This document shows positions 10,049-20,221 of a stretch of DNA of 64,000 bases, in pieces. The stretch's first letter is position 1; each line of letters opens with the position of its first letter. The stretch comes from Syntrophaceae bacterium UBA5744 (lineage in GTDB: Bacteria; Desulfobacterota; Syntrophia; Syntrophales; UBA2192). A model generated the notes under the pieces. The model had not been told where the DNA came from. It did no database searches and was given only the letters and a program-made list of their open reading frames with translations. The stretch spans positions 4,732 to 68,731 of the forward strand of contig DIFQ01000139.1 of NCBI GenBank assembly GCA_002419215.1, given 5' to 3'. Both the position numbers and the translations under genes were made by a program.

Positions 10049-10773
10049 CGGTGAAAATCCTCAGATGGAGAAGTGGCGGCGCATCCAGCCTGAACACGGC
10101 CATCCTGCTTTCGCTTCTCATTCACGCCATTGCCCTCTCCGTGCTCTTCTTTTCCCCTGCCTTTCCCTCGCGGACATGGACCTTCGGGCCGGCTTACTCC
10201 GTGGACCTGGTGAGCGCCCCGGCCAGCCTGGGCAAGAGCGCCACGACGGCCCTATCACGGGAGGTCATGAGCGCGGCTCTCAAGGAGAGCGCGAGGGACA
10301 ATGCCATCGTCCTCAAGAAGAGCATCGTCACGAAGACCCCCACGCCCCTGCTCAAGTCGGATACGCCGTCGAAGAAACAGGACGCGGCGAGGCTCAACCA
10401 GGCCATCGACGAGATGCGAAGGAAAGCCGAATCCGAGGAGGCAGGCGGCCAGCCTTTTTCCGGACAGGGCAACACGGCTTCGCTGATGAACCAGTACTAT
10501 GCCCAGATCTGGTCCAAGGTCCGGCAGAACTGGGCCCTGCCGCAGAGCATCCTGGCCGACAAGAATCTCGAGGCCGTCCTCGACGTGAGGGTCCTGCGCA
10601 ACGGCCAGGTGACCGAGATCCGCTTCGAGAAGCGCTCGGGAAACAACTATTTCGACCAGTCGGCATACCGGGCGATCCGGAAATCGGACCCTTTCCCGCC
10701 GCTGCCGTCCTGGATCCAGGATGCGAGCGTGGATCTGGGAATTCGGTTCCGCTCGGCGGATTATCGCCGCTGA
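10045..10773 (+). CDS. tolA: TolA-like protein with a TonB-C-type C-terminal domain
   Basis: The ATG at 10045 overlaps the tolR stop (ATGA). One N-terminal TM (LLSLLIHAIALSVLFF), a charged linker, and C-terminal NWALP ... VRVLRNGQVTEIRFEKRSGNNYFDQSAYRAIRKS. This is the in-frame 3' part of the 8776..10773 ORF. Confidence 0.7.
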
Positions 10774-10827
10774 TCGGTCGCTCGATCTTTTGCGGCGCTG
10801 GGCGTTCAGCATAGAGGTCACGTTTGT

Positions 10828-10923
10828 GAAGATCGGAAGATCGGAAGTTAAGAAGATCGGATTCAGATAAAGAAGTGAATATTTTCCAATCCGCTCTTCG
10901 GCTCTTCTTCACTTCCTAACTTC
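10828..10923. repeat. Periodic-arm hairpin element (GAAGNNCG / NNNNCTTC type)
   Basis: GAAGATCG GAAGATCG GAAGTTAA GAAGATCG GA ... TCCGCTCTTC GGCTCTTC TTCACTTC CTAACTTC. Lies between tolA and tolB. Confidence 0.8.
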
Positions 10924-11014
10924 GCGTTCTTTCGAGCACCGTGCTGTCGATGGAGGCAAACCATCCAGGCACGTTGCCGGTGAGATAAAGAAAATCGGGA
11001 GGTTTGAAGATACG

Positions 11015-12334
11015 ATGAGAAGAAACAGCATCGTTCTTTTTTTTGTGTTCGTCCTCTGGCTTGCTGCGATGGTGCCTGCGGCGGACGGCAAGGTCTACAT
11101 CAACATCGACTCCCCCTCGGCTCAGAAATTCCCCATCGCCATCACCCCGTTCAAGAACATGAACAACGCGAGCAGCCAGGAGAGCCTTTCGCCCTGGTTT
11201 GCCGACACGCTCGGGAAGACGCTGGAGATCACGGGGTTCTTCAACATCCTCGACCGCAAGGGCTTTCTCGTCGACCAGACCAGGCTCGGCATCTCCACGG
11301 AGAACATCCAGTTTCCGGCCTGGACGGGCATCGGCGCCGAGTCGCTCGTGACGGGCGGGTTCACCGTGAGCGGCCGCGACCTCACCCTGGAGTGCCGCCT
11401 CTTCGACGTCGTGCAGGGAAAGCTCATCGTGGGAAAGCGTTACACGGGCAAGGTGGAAGAGCGCAAGGAGATGATCGTGCGGTTTGCCCAGGAGATCCTC
11501 GTGGCCCTGACGGGCGAAAAGGGTCTCTTTGACACCAAGATCGCCTTTACCGGCAAGAGGGGCGGCTCGTCGGAGATCCATTACGTCAACTTCGACGGCA
11601 CGGAGCCGGTGAAGCTCACGAACTACCACTCCATCACGCTCTCGCCGAAGTGGTCGCCCGACGGCAAGCAGATTTCGTTTCTTTCCTACAAGGACGGCGC
11701 CCCCGACCTCCATGTCATGGATCTCAACCGCCGGACGACACGGAAGATCCTCTCCACGGGCCGTCTCAATCTTCCCGCGACCTGGTCGACAGACTCGAAA
11801 CGGATGCTCGTGACCTCGAGCAAGGACGGCAGCGAGGACATCTACATCCTCAATCTCGCCGACAGCCGTATGACGAGGCTGACCAACGACCCGGCCATTG
11901 ACGTTTCGCCCACCTGGTCCCCCGACGGCAAGCAGATCGCTTTTGTCTCGGACCGGGGAGGCACGCCACAGATCTACGTCATGGACGCAACGGGCGCCAA
12001 TGTCCGGAGGCTCACCTTCGAGGGGGGCTACAACACTTCGCCGGCCTGGCATCCCCGTTCCAATCGCATCGCCTACGAGGGCCGGGCCGGCGGGACCTTC
12101 CAGGTCATGGTCCTGGAGACCGAGGGCGGCACCCCCGTCCAGCTTACGACCAACGGCCGCTGCGAAAACCCCGCCTGGTCCCCCGACGGGCGCTACATCG
12201 CCTTTGTTTCTCGGCTGGGCGGCAAGTCCAGGGTCTGCGTCATGAACTCCAACGGCACCAACGTGCGCGTGATCCACGAGGGACTCGATGCCTACGTGTC
12301 CCCCACGTGGTCTCCCCACTTAAATTTCTATTGA
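11015..12334 (+). CDS. tolB: Tol-Pal system beta-propeller protein TolB
   Basis: 439 aa with a signal peptide and repeated SPxWSPDGKxIAF blades. Confidence 0.9.
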   Translation: MRRNSIVLFFVFVLWLAAMVPAADGKVYINIDSPSAQKFPIAITPFKNMNNASSQESLSPWFADTLGKTLEITGFFNILDRKGFLVDQTRLGISTENIQFPAWTGIGAESLVTGGFTVSGRDLTLECRLFDVVQGKLIVGKRYTGKVEERKEMIVRFAQEILVALTGEKGLFDTKIAFTGKRGGSSEIHYVNFDGTEPVKLTNYHSITLSPKWSPDGKQISFLSYKDGAPDLHVMDLNRRTTRKILSTGRLNLPATWSTDSKRMLVTSSKDGSEDIYILNLADSRMTRLTNDPAIDVSPTWSPDGKQIAFVSDRGGTPQIYVMDATGANVRRLTFEGGYNTSPAWHPRSNRIAYEGRAGGTFQVMVLETEGGTPVQLTTNGRCENPAWSPDGRYIAFVSRLGGKSRVCVMNSNGTNVRVIHEGLDAYVSPTWSPHLNFY

Positions 12335-12431
12335 CGATACCGGAGGTATGGTTTAAGACAGTCTCGTCAAAAGCAAACACCTTACGGGCACTTGCCTGAT
12401 CTTGCCCGCAGGGTTCAAAGGAGGAATGTCA

Positions 12432-13016
12432 ATGAGACGATACGGGATCCTTCTGGCGGTATTCATGGCGTTCGTGCTGGCCGTCACGCTGACAAGCGGG
12501 TGCAGCACCCCGAAGAAGGCCACGAAGGAGGATGTGACGAAATCCGGGACGAAACCGGGGCTTTCGGATGAGGAACTGGCCAAGCAGCGGGCCGAACAGG
12601 AAGCCCGTGAACGGGCCCTGCGCGAGCAGGCCATTCGGGACCAGGAGGCCCGCGACAGGGCGGCGGCAGCCGAGGCGGCCAGCCTGAAGGATCTCTCGCG
12701 GATCTATTTCGATTTCGACCGTGCGGAACTCAGCAGCGAAGCCCGAGAGATCCTGGGCAAGGTGGCCGCTCAGCTCAAGGCAAGCCCGAAGAAGGCCCTC
12801 ACGATCGAAGGCAACTGCGACGACCGAGGCACCAACGAATACAACCTCGCCCTCGGCCAGCAAAGGGCGGATGCGGCGGCCCGCTATCTCCAGAACCTCG
12901 GGATCGACCGCAAGCGGATCAAGACCATCAGCTATGGCGAGGAGCGCCCGGTCTGCTCGGAGGCGACGGAGGCCTGCTGGCACAAGAATCGCAACGCGAC
13001 CTTCGTTTACCGATAG
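12432..13016 (+). CDS. pal: Peptidoglycan-associated lipoprotein Pal (OmpA-like)
   Basis: The ATG at 12432 lies 7 nt after AAGGAGG. Lipobox LTSGC. OmpA-like core IEGNCDDRGTNEYNLALGQQRADAA. Confidence 0.9.
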   Translation: MRRYGILLAVFMAFVLAVTLTSGCSTPKKATKEDVTKSGTKPGLSDEELAKQRAEQEARERALREQAIRDQEARDRAAAAEAASLKDLSRIYFDFDRAELSSEAREILGKVAAQLKASPKKALTIEGNCDDRGTNEYNLALGQQRADAAARYLQNLGIDRKRIKTISYGEERPVCSEATEACWHKNRNATFVYR

Positions 13017-13044
13017 AAAGCAGCTCGCCATGGGAGGTCTCACC

Positions 13045-13875
13045 GTGAAAAAAACGATCATCCTTCTGATTCCGCTTTTCCTTCTCTGGATAGGCGGTTG
13101 CGCCACGACCGACGATCTGAAGAAGACGCAACGGGACTACGACAGCAAGATCACGTCCCAGCGATCGGACGTGGAAAAGCTCCAGGCCCGGCTCGATGCG
13201 CTCGAGAAGAACTACGGCGAGACGACAAAAGATTTGAGGAAGAATCAGGCCGATCTGGGCGCCGACTTCGGCAGCATCCGGGACAGCGTCCAGACCATGC
13301 GGGGCCAGGTCGAGGAGATGAACAAGGAATTCTCCGGCCTGGGAAAGGGACAGAACATCAAGAGCCGCCTGGACGACATGTCCTTCCGGATCGGCTACAT
13401 CGAGAACTTCCTCGGCATTGCGAAGAAGGAAACCCCCAACGGCGCGAAGGTCGAAGGGCAGGGCGTCGGCGCAGCCGAGGCGCCGGGGGCGCCGAAAAAC
13501 GACGTGGAGGCGGCCTACAACGCCTGCTACAAGACCTTCAAGGAAGGCCAGTACGTCAAGGCCCGGGAGGAGTTCGTAACATTCCTGAAGCAGCATCCCA
13601 AGACGGCCTATTCGGACAACGCCCAGTTCTGGGTCGGTGAGACCTGGTACGTCGAGGAGAAGTATGAAAGGGCCATCGTGGAGTACGAGAAAGTCGTGAA
13701 GGATTACCCCTCGGGCGACAAGGTCCCGTACGCGCTCCTGAAGCAGGGAATGGCTTTCCAGAAGCTCGGCGACAAGGCGAGCGCCCGGATCGTCTACAAC
13801 CAGATCATCAAGAAATACCCCAATACCAACCAGGCGCGGGTGGCCAAGGCCAAGCTTTCGGAGTTGAAAAAGTAA
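13045..13875 (+). CDS. cpoB: Tol-Pal system protein CpoB/YbgF (coiled coil plus TPR)
   Basis: The GTG at 13045 lies 7 nt after GGGAGG; an alternative ATG is at 13030. Lipobox-like WIGGC, an N-terminal coiled coil, a C-terminal TPR-like region, and the expected position after pal. Confidence 0.8.
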   Translation: MKKTIILLIPLFLLWIGGCATTDDLKKTQRDYDSKITSQRSDVEKLQARLDALEKNYGETTKDLRKNQADLGADFGSIRDSVQTMRGQVEEMNKEFSGLGKGQNIKSRLDDMSFRIGYIENFLGIAKKETPNGAKVEGQGVGAAEAPGAPKNDVEAAYNACYKTFKEGQYVKAREEFVTFLKQHPKTAYSDNAQFWVGETWYVEEKYERAIVEYEKVVKDYPSGDKVPYALLKQGMAFQKLGDKASARIVYNQIIKKYPNTNQARVAKAKLSELKK

Positions 13876-13880
13876 ACGCA

Positions 13881-13972
13881 GGGTACAGGGTATAGGGTAT
13901 AGGGGCTGAAGGCGTTAAGATTGTTTTATAAAAGGAATCTTTCGCCACCCCGATACCCGAGTCCCGATACCC
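13881..13972. repeat. Periodic-arm hairpin element (GGGTAYA type)
   Basis: GGGTACAGGGTATAGGGTATAGGGG ... CCCCGATACCCGAGTCCCGATACCC, with core GATTGTTTTATAAAAGGAATC. Lies just after cpoB. Confidence 0.8.
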
Positions 13973-14027
13973 TTCTTAACGACGGGACAGACCAACAGGG
14001 CGCCGGCCGCAAGGCTGAGCGCCCTTC

Positions 14028-14840
14028 TTAATTGGACGTCTTGGGGGTTATTCCCGGTGGGGGCTTGAGGAGGAAGAAATCCGGGTCGTCGTCCCGCGAG
14101 ACGAGTTCCATGTCCGCGTTGCGAAGGGAAAGACGGACCTTGGCCATCCCCTCCGTTTCGATCTCGATTCTGGCGGGCACGGTCAGCGAGCCCACTTCCA
14201 CGGCGTCGTGAAACAGGGCCCGGTATGCCGTGTTTCCATGACCGTCGGCGATTTCAATCTTCGCCAGGCGGCCCGTGACCGGATCGACCCACAGGGACTG
14301 GGCCCACGTGCCTTGTGCGTACACGTCGAGGCGGAAGCGGTTTCCGTCGATGGAGCCTTTCAGGCCCTTCGCGCTGAAGATCCCGGGGGGTTGGCCGTAC
14401 AGGAGGGCCACGAGGTCCAGCGGTTTCACCGCGGGTGGGAAGATGCGCCGGATCGGCTCCGATGATTCCGTCCCGACCATAAACTCCCCCGAACGGGGCA
14501 GCAACATCCGGATTTCGGACCCCTTCACCGTGAGCATGAAGTCCGGCAGCCCGATGACCGAAAGATCTTCCAGGCGCAGGCAGTCGGGACGTTTCGCCGC
14601 CGCGGCGATCTTGAAGGTGTAGCGCTCACCGGGAAGGCTTGCCACGACATGAAGGATCCCGACGAGGGTCTTGCCGGGAGCGGCATCGGCGGTGAGTCTT
14701 TCGAAGAGAACTGCCGGGGGAGGCATGTCGGCTTCGGAGACGACCATCTCCTTTTCATGGGCGCACCCGGCCAGGGCCCCGATGAGGCAGCAGGCGACGA
14801 GCGTGATGGCGGATTTTCGTATGATCATGGATTTCAGCAT
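14028..14840 (-). CDS. Lipoprotein, possibly LolB-like/DUF4292 family
   Basis: Signal peptide plus lipobox (LAGC). Size and position downstream of a TPR protein recall DUF4292 lipoproteins. The family call is from memory of gene context, not from motifs. Confidence 0.5.
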   Translation of the reverse strand: MLKSMIIRKSAITLVACCLIGALAGCAHEKEMVVSEADMPPPAVLFERLTADAAPGKTLVGILHVVASLPGERYTFKIAAAAKRPDCLRLEDLSVIGLPDFMLTVKGSEIRMLLPRSGEFMVGTESSEPIRRIFPPAVKPLDLVALLYGQPPGIFSAKGLKGSIDGNRFRLDVYAQGTWAQSLWVDPVTGRLAKIEIADGHGNTAYRALFHDAVEVGSLTVPARIEIETEGMAKVRLSLRNADMELVSRDDDPDFFLLKPPPGITPKTSN

Positions 14841-14868
14841 CAAGTGAATCTTCGGATGCAGCGTTTAC

Positions 14869-14977
14869 GAAGAGCGGAAGATCGGAAGCGAGGAAGAGCG
14901 GACGAGAAATGAAACATGAAACGACGGTGATGTTTCTTTCTTATCCGCTCTTCCGCTCTTCTTCACTTCCTAACTTC
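14869..14977. repeat. Periodic-arm hairpin element (GAAGNNCG type)
   Basis: The 34-nt right arm (14944-14977) differs by 1 nt from the right arm at 10890-10923. Confidence 0.8.
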
Positions 14978-15001
14978 TCAATCTAAGGGGCGGTGGACGC
15001 C

Positions 15002-16705
15002 TCATTTGCGGGTGCCCGTCCGGGCCTCGAGCCCCTCGATCTTCTCTTTGAGCCCCTTCATGTCGGGCTTGAGCTTCAGGGCCTTCTGATACTGTTCCAG
15101 GGCATCCTTGGGCTTTCCGGCCTTCATGTACGCATCGCCCAGGTGATCGGCGATGGCCGCATCTTCCGGCAGGATGGATGCCGCTTCCTTCAGGTACTGG
15201 ATGGCCTCGTCGATCCGGTTTTTCCGGTAGTAGACCCAGCCGAGGCTGTCGGTTATGAACCCATCGCCGGGCTTCAGGGACAGGGCCTTCTTGATCTTGG
15301 CCTCGGCCTCATCGAGCTTGATCCCGCGGTCGGCCCAGCTGTATCCGATGAAGTTGAGGGCCTCCGGGTTGTCGGGGTTCTCCTTCAGGATTTCCTCCAT
15401 CTCACGGATGCCCTCGTCGGGGCGTCCCGTCTTGTCGTAGATCATTCCGAGCCGGTAGCGCAGGTCGATGCTCTTCGGCGCCGCCGCAAGCCCCTCCTTG
15501 AGGGTTGTCTCGGACTCGGCGAGCTTGCCGTCGGCCTCATAGAGAGCGGCCAGCAGGCCATAGAGGGCTGCGTCGCTCTTCTTCGCGGCCAGGGCCTTCT
15601 TCGCCCGCTCGATGGCCTCGCCGGTCTTGCCCTGGCTCTTCAGGATGTAGCCGGCACGCATCTGGGCGCTTCCGAAAAGCGGCGAGGTGTTCGGGATACG
15701 GTCGTATTCCCGGAGTGCCTCGTCCATCATCTTCCGTTCCTCGTAGGCTCCCCCGAGAAAATAGCGCGCTTCGTGGTCGTTGGGGGCGCTCGCCAGCAGG
15801 GTGTTCAGTTCCTCGACGGCGCGCTCGGGCTTTTGGGTTTCCATGAGGGCCAGGGCCAGCGTGAGGCGCGCCTCGCGGTTGCGGCTGTCGAGCTTCAGGA
15901 CGCCCTCGAGAATCCCGATGGCCTCCTCGTACTTCTTCTCCCGGATGTCCAGTTTTGCCAGGCGCAGCCGGTATGCCATGCGCTGGGGGTGCTCATCGAT
16001 CAGCTGCCTGTAGCTCTTCCTCGCCTTCCCGGTTTCGTTCTGGATTTCGTAGAGCAGCGCGAGATCCGACAGGGCCGACTCGAAGCCCGGCTTCAGGGCG
16101 ACGGCCTTCTCCATCCAGGCCGAGGCCTCCTTGTAGAGCTTCATCTCCCCGTAGATCTTGCCGAGATAGTAGTGCCCCATGACGCTCTTGGGGTCCTGCT
16201 CGAGGAGGGTCTTCAAAATTCCGACGGCTTCTTCGTAGCGCTTCGTCTCGGCGTAGATCACGCCGAGGTAGAGGTAGACGTCGTGATTTTTCGGGTCGAG
16301 GGCGATCACGCGCTTGTAGGCCCCGATGGCCCGGTCGTAGTCCTTCTTGAAGAGGTAGATGCTCCCCATGAGAGCGTAGGTTTCCACCTTGCCGGGGTTG
16401 TGGATGAGGGACTGCTCACAGACGGTAATCGCCCTGTCGAGATCCCCCATCTTCACGTAAAGAGAGGCCAACTCCGCGGCGAGGAAGGCGGACTTCGGGT
16501 CCAGAGAGAGGGCCTTCTCATATTCCTTGGCCGCCTCGGGGAGTTTTCCGTCCAGCATGAGCTGCGTGCCGAGGGAATAGTGATAGGTGGCCTCTCCGAA
16601 GGATCCCCCGGTCCCTGCGTCCTGTGCCGCTGCCGGAACGACAGGGCCCATCACCGCGACGAGGGCGATGGCCAGCAGGGCAGCGTTGCGAATCTTTTCT
16701 TTCAT
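15002..16705 (-). CDS. Tetratricopeptide (TPR) repeat protein, secreted
   Basis: 567 aa with a signal peptide and more than 12 consecutive 34-aa TPR-like units (e.g. AxxxYxKALxLxP repeated). Confidence 0.85.
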   Translation of the reverse strand: MKEKIRNAALLAIALVAVMGPVVPAAAQDAGTGGSFGEATYHYSLGTQLMLDGKLPEAAKEYEKALSLDPKSAFLAAELASLYVKMGDLDRAITVCEQSLIHNPGKVETYALMGSIYLFKKDYDRAIGAYKRVIALDPKNHDVYLYLGVIYAETKRYEEAVGILKTLLEQDPKSVMGHYYLGKIYGEMKLYKEASAWMEKAVALKPGFESALSDLALLYEIQNETGKARKSYRQLIDEHPQRMAYRLRLAKLDIREKKYEEAIGILEGVLKLDSRNREARLTLALALMETQKPERAVEELNTLLASAPNDHEARYFLGGAYEERKMMDEALREYDRIPNTSPLFGSAQMRAGYILKSQGKTGEAIERAKKALAAKKSDAALYGLLAALYEADGKLAESETTLKEGLAAAPKSIDLRYRLGMIYDKTGRPDEGIREMEEILKENPDNPEALNFIGYSWADRGIKLDEAEAKIKKALSLKPGDGFITDSLGWVYYRKNRIDEAIQYLKEAASILPEDAAIADHLGDAYMKAGKPKDALEQYQKALKLKPDMKGLKEKIEGLEARTGTRK

Positions 16706-17652
16706 GGTGTCCTGTTCCTGTTCTGGTTTCCATCAGGCCCGCTTTTCCCCGGGCCTTGCCTGCTTTCGACCAGGGCGGAGAGGGGCACAAGCTCGATTCC
16801 CCCGGACTTGAACCGCGGAATCATTTCCTCCAGGGCTGCAACCGTTTCTGGGTAAGGGTGCCCGATCAGGAGAAGCTCGTGCCAATCGTTGCGGGTCTCG
16901 AGGAGTTTCTCCAGGTGAACCCGGGCCCATCCCCGGTCCTCGGCATCGTCGATGAAAAGGTCCCGCGGCGTAAACGGGAGGGCTTCTTCGCGGGCCAGCT
17001 CCCGGGCTGCCGAGGCCTCCGTCGTCACGCTGTCCACGAAATAGAGACCTTGTCCGGACAGCACGTCAAAAACAACCCGGAGCGGTTCGCGCTCCTCCAT
17101 GAACTTCGATCCCATGTGGTTGTTGACCCCTTCGGCATGGGGTACCGATTTCATGTCCTCTTCCACGGTCTTCCGGATCTCGCGGGCCGTCATGGAGGCG
17201 AAAAGGGCACCCCGCCCGGGATCGCGGTCCGGGTAACCGTGAGGTTCCATGGGGAGGTGGAGAAGGACCTCTTTCCCCGCGCGGTGAATCGCCTCGGCGG
17301 AAGACCTGGAGTGGGGCAGGCGCGGAAGGACGGAGAAGGCCAGGGGGGCATCAATGGCCAGAAGCCTTCTCAGTGCCCCGGGATCGTAGCCGATGTCATC
17401 GATGAGAATGGCGATCTTCTTCCTCTCGACCTTCCTCACGACGGCAGGGGGCGTGCCGGTGCGTTCCGACTCGGCGGCGTCGGGTGTTTTCTCCACCGCC
17501 GGCGGGACCCCGGGAGGCGCGGGTGCGCTGCCGCGATCGCCGCCGGGGATCAGCCAGACGGCGACGATGCCCGCGATGCAGGCGATCAGGAGAGCGAGGG
17601 CCGTCCTCGTCCCCCGCCTTCCGGAGGAGCGCCTTTTCTTCCTTCGCTTCAA
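16702..17652 (-). CDS. Divergent polysaccharide deacetylase (YibQ-like)
   Basis: 316 aa with an N-terminal TM and conserved LLHLPMEP and GVNNHMGSKF segments typical of the YibQ family. Adjacent to ctpA, as in many Proteobacteria. Confidence 0.75.
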   Translation of the reverse strand: MKRRKKRRSSGRRGTRTALALLIACIAGIVAVWLIPGGDRGSAPAPPGVPPAVEKTPDAAESERTGTPPAVVRKVERKKIAILIDDIGYDPGALRRLLAIDAPLAFSVLPRLPHSRSSAEAIHRAGKEVLLHLPMEPHGYPDRDPGRGALFASMTAREIRKTVEEDMKSVPHAEGVNNHMGSKFMEEREPLRVVFDVLSGQGLYFVDSVTTEASAARELAREEALPFTPRDLFIDDAEDRGWARVHLEKLLETRNDWHELLLIGHPYPETVAALEEMIPRFKSGGIELVPLSALVESRQGPGKSGPDGNQNRNRTP

Positions 17653-17665
17653 GGGTCGTACCGGG

Positions 17666-19015
17666 CTATCCGTTCTTGCCGATGCGCTTGAATACCTCCC
17701 AGCTCTTGAGGATGTCGACGGCGCTCTTCAGCTGGTTGTCCCGCTGGAGATCGGTTTTCTCCTTGCTCTTGTCTTTATCCTTGTCTTTGTCCTTGACTTC
17801 GGCGGGCTTCTTTTCGGGCGGCTTCTTTTCGGTTTCACGATCCCCTTTGATGTGGCCCTTGAGGTCCTTCTCTCGCAGCATCTGGGCATCGGCCGTCTCG
17901 GGGCCGTCGGCCTGGCGGATCATCTCGACGACGATGTCGGGCTTGATGCCCTCGGCCTGGATGGAGCGGCCCTTGGGGGTGAAGTACTTGGCCGTCGTCA
18001 GTTTCAGGGCAGAGCCGTCCTCGAGGGGGATCACGGTCTGCACCGAGCCTTTCCCGAAGGTCTGCATCCCCAGCACGATGGCCCGGCCGTTGTCCTGCAG
18101 GGCTCCCGCGAGAATCTCCGAGGCGCTGGCCGTGCCCTCGTTCACGAGGACCACCATGGGGACCGTGGGCTCGGTGCCGTCATCCTTTGCGACGAACTTG
18201 CTCTCGATGGCCTTCACGCGGCCTTTCGTCGAGACGATGGTACCCGATTTGAGGAACGCGTCGGAGGTCTTCACGGCCTGGTCGAGGAGCCCTCCGGGGT
18301 TGTTCCGGACGTCGACGACGATCCCCTTGAGGTCGCTGGACTTGCCGTTGACCTGCTGGAGGGCCTTCCGAAGCTCATCCAGGGTCGATTCCTGGAAGGA
18401 GGAGATACGGATGTAGCCGATGTTGCCCTCGTACATATTGTTTTTCACGCTCTTGATCTTGATCACGGCGCGGGTGATGACGTAATCCTTGGGCTCCTTC
18501 ATGTCCTTGCGCAGAATCGTCAGGGTCACCTTGGTGTTTTCGGGGCCGCGCATCTTCTTCACGGCGTCCTGGATGGTCATCCCCTTCGTGATCTGGCCGT
18601 CGATCTTCACGATCCGGTCGCCGGACTGGAGTCCTGCCTTGAAGGCGGGAGTGTCCTCGATGGGGGAGACGACGGTGAGCTGGTCGTTCTGCATGGCAAT
18701 CACGATCCCCAGCCCCCCGAAGGTCCCGCTCGTGTCCACCTGGAGCTCCTTGTACTGCTCCGGTGTCAGGAAGGAGCTGTGGGGGTCCAGAGACTTGATC
18801 ATCCCTGTTACGGCCTCGTTGATCAGTTTCTTCTGCTTGACCTCTTCGACGTAATTTTTCTCGACGATGTCGAGGACTTCGTTGAAGATCTTGAGACTCT
18901 TATACGTGGATGAGTCCACAGCCGACACCCGGCTGTCGCCATAAGGGCCGAGGACAATGAACAGCGTGAAAAGAAGGCAGAGGGTCAGGAAAAGTTTACC
19001 CTTGGCATTTTTCAT
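17666..19015 (-). CDS. ctpA: Carboxy-terminal processing protease (S41, PDZ-containing)
   Basis: Start at the ATG at 19015 (MKNAKGKLFLTL signal). PDZ segment GDRIVKIDG and the S41 serine motif GTASASEILAGALQD. Confidence 0.9.
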   Translation of the reverse strand: MKNAKGKLFLTLCLLFTLFIVLGPYGDSRVSAVDSSTYKSLKIFNEVLDIVEKNYVEEVKQKKLINEAVTGMIKSLDPHSSFLTPEQYKELQVDTSGTFGGLGIVIAMQNDQLTVVSPIEDTPAFKAGLQSGDRIVKIDGQITKGMTIQDAVKKMRGPENTKVTLTILRKDMKEPKDYVITRAVIKIKSVKNNMYEGNIGYIRISSFQESTLDELRKALQQVNGKSSDLKGIVVDVRNNPGGLLDQAVKTSDAFLKSGTIVSTKGRVKAIESKFVAKDDGTEPTVPMVVLVNEGTASASEILAGALQDNGRAIVLGMQTFGKGSVQTVIPLEDGSALKLTTAKYFTPKGRSIQAEGIKPDIVVEMIRQADGPETADAQMLREKDLKGHIKGDRETEKKPPEKKPAEVKDKDKDKDKSKEKTDLQRDNQLKSAVDILKSWEVFKRIGKNG

Positions 19016-19110
19016 CGATGAAAACCTCCATGAAACCGCGAACATATTGCGTAATAAGTAAAACTAGCACGTTTTCATGAAATGTCCATGAATATTTTGG
19101 GAACAAAAAA

Positions 19111-19231
19111 GTGTCTTAGTGAAAAAAAGTGTCTGAGTGTCTGAGTGAAGAAAAGAGATCATAACTGGGCCAGGAACTGCCGAATGTTGGTTTCTTCACT
19201 TAAACACTTAGACACTCAAGCACTTAGACAC
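19111..19231. repeat. Periodic-arm hairpin element (GTGTCTRA type)
   Basis: GTGTCTTAGTG-A7-GTGTCTGAGTGTCTGAGTGAAG ... CTTCACTTAAACACTTAGACACTCAAGCACTTAGACAC. Lies between ctpA and the MinD-like gene. Confidence 0.8.
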
Positions 19232-19251
19232 TTGCTTTCCTTTGTGGCTTG

Positions 19252-20073
19252 TCAATGCAATACGCCCCGGGGAACCTGCTCCGGTGTCGGCACGGCCAGA
19301 CCCTTGGTTAGGGGCTTTCCCCAGCGGCTTACGGCCCCGGCAATCCGGTCGAAACAGGCCACTGTTTTCGATCCGGGGTCGGCAAGGACGAGAGGCTCCT
19401 GACGGAGAATGGATCTCGGCACCGCCTCGTCCCGGCAGATGGGGCCCAGGTAATCCAGGGAAAACCCCAGGAACCGCCGTGCGATCCCGTCCACGTGGTG
19501 AAAGATCTTTTGCCCCTCGCGCTCGTCGGCCACGGCATTGGCGATGAGGCTGAAGGTGTCCCGCCCGAAGACCTGATGCAGGACCTTCATCATGGCGTAG
19601 GCATCGGTAATCGACGTGAGTTCCCGGTTGAGGACGACGATGTTGCGGGGCGCCAGCAGATTGAACTGAAGGACCGTCTCGGCGATCCCGGCTCCCGTAT
19701 CGAGCAGGATGACGTCGTAGCCCTCCTGGGAGAGGACCACGTTTTTTACGATCTGGATCTTCTCGTAGAGCAGCTGGGCCATCTCGCGCACGCCGGAGCA
19801 GGCGGGCAGAAGGTCGAACCCGCCCTTCACGGGGATGATGACGTCCTCCGCGCGTGCCTGGCCGAAGAGGACATCCTTCAGGGTCAGCTGCGGGTAGATG
19901 CCCAGCATGATGTCCACATTGGCGAGCCCCAGGTCGCAGTCCACCACGAGAACCTTCCGGCCCTGTGCGGCCAGGGTCGTGGCGAGGTTGACCGTGACGA
20001 AAGTCTTGCCGACGCCGCCTTTGCCGCTGGTGACGGTGGCGATGATCGGTGTCTTGCTTGGGGCAGGGGTCAT
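19252..20073 (-). CDS. MinD/ParA/FlhG-family P-loop ATPase
   Basis: Deviant Walker A SGKGGVGKT, followed by VVDCDLGLANVD. Confidence 0.8.
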   Translation of the reverse strand: MTPAPSKTPIIATVTSGKGGVGKTFVTVNLATTLAAQGRKVLVVDCDLGLANVDIMLGIYPQLTLKDVLFGQARAEDVIIPVKGGFDLLPACSGVREMAQLLYEKIQIVKNVVLSQEGYDVILLDTGAGIAETVLQFNLLAPRNIVVLNRELTSITDAYAMMKVLHQVFGRDTFSLIANAVADEREGQKIFHHVDGIARRFLGFSLDYLGPICRDEAVPRSILRQEPLVLADPGSKTVACFDRIAGAVSRWGKPLTKGLAVPTPEQVPRGVLH

Positions 20074-20119
20074 TTCGCTCTCACATAACCGGCACTCCGC
20101 GCGGCGCGGTATCGACGCA

Positions 20120-20221
20120 GAAGGTAAGAGGGTAAGAGGGTAAGAAGGTTGGACAAGCGGAGAACAGGCTTTCTTGCCACAGCTTCATCCAACGTTCTCA
20201 CCCTCTCACCTTCTCACCCTC
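20120..20221. repeat. Periodic-arm hairpin element (GAGGGTAA type)
   Basis: GAAGGTAAGAGGGTAAGAGGGTAAGAAGGTTGGA ... TCCAACGTTCTCACCCTCTCACCTTCTCACCCTC. The right arm overlaps the last codons of the GGDEF gene. Confidence 0.8.

Noticed and set aside
10916-12319. 467-aa minus-strand ORF
   Set aside because: It is antisense to tolB with shadow-ORF composition. The same applies to 12429..13106 and 12928..13596 (opposite pal/cpoB), 14993..16855 (opposite the TPR gene) and 17393..18913 (opposite ctpA).
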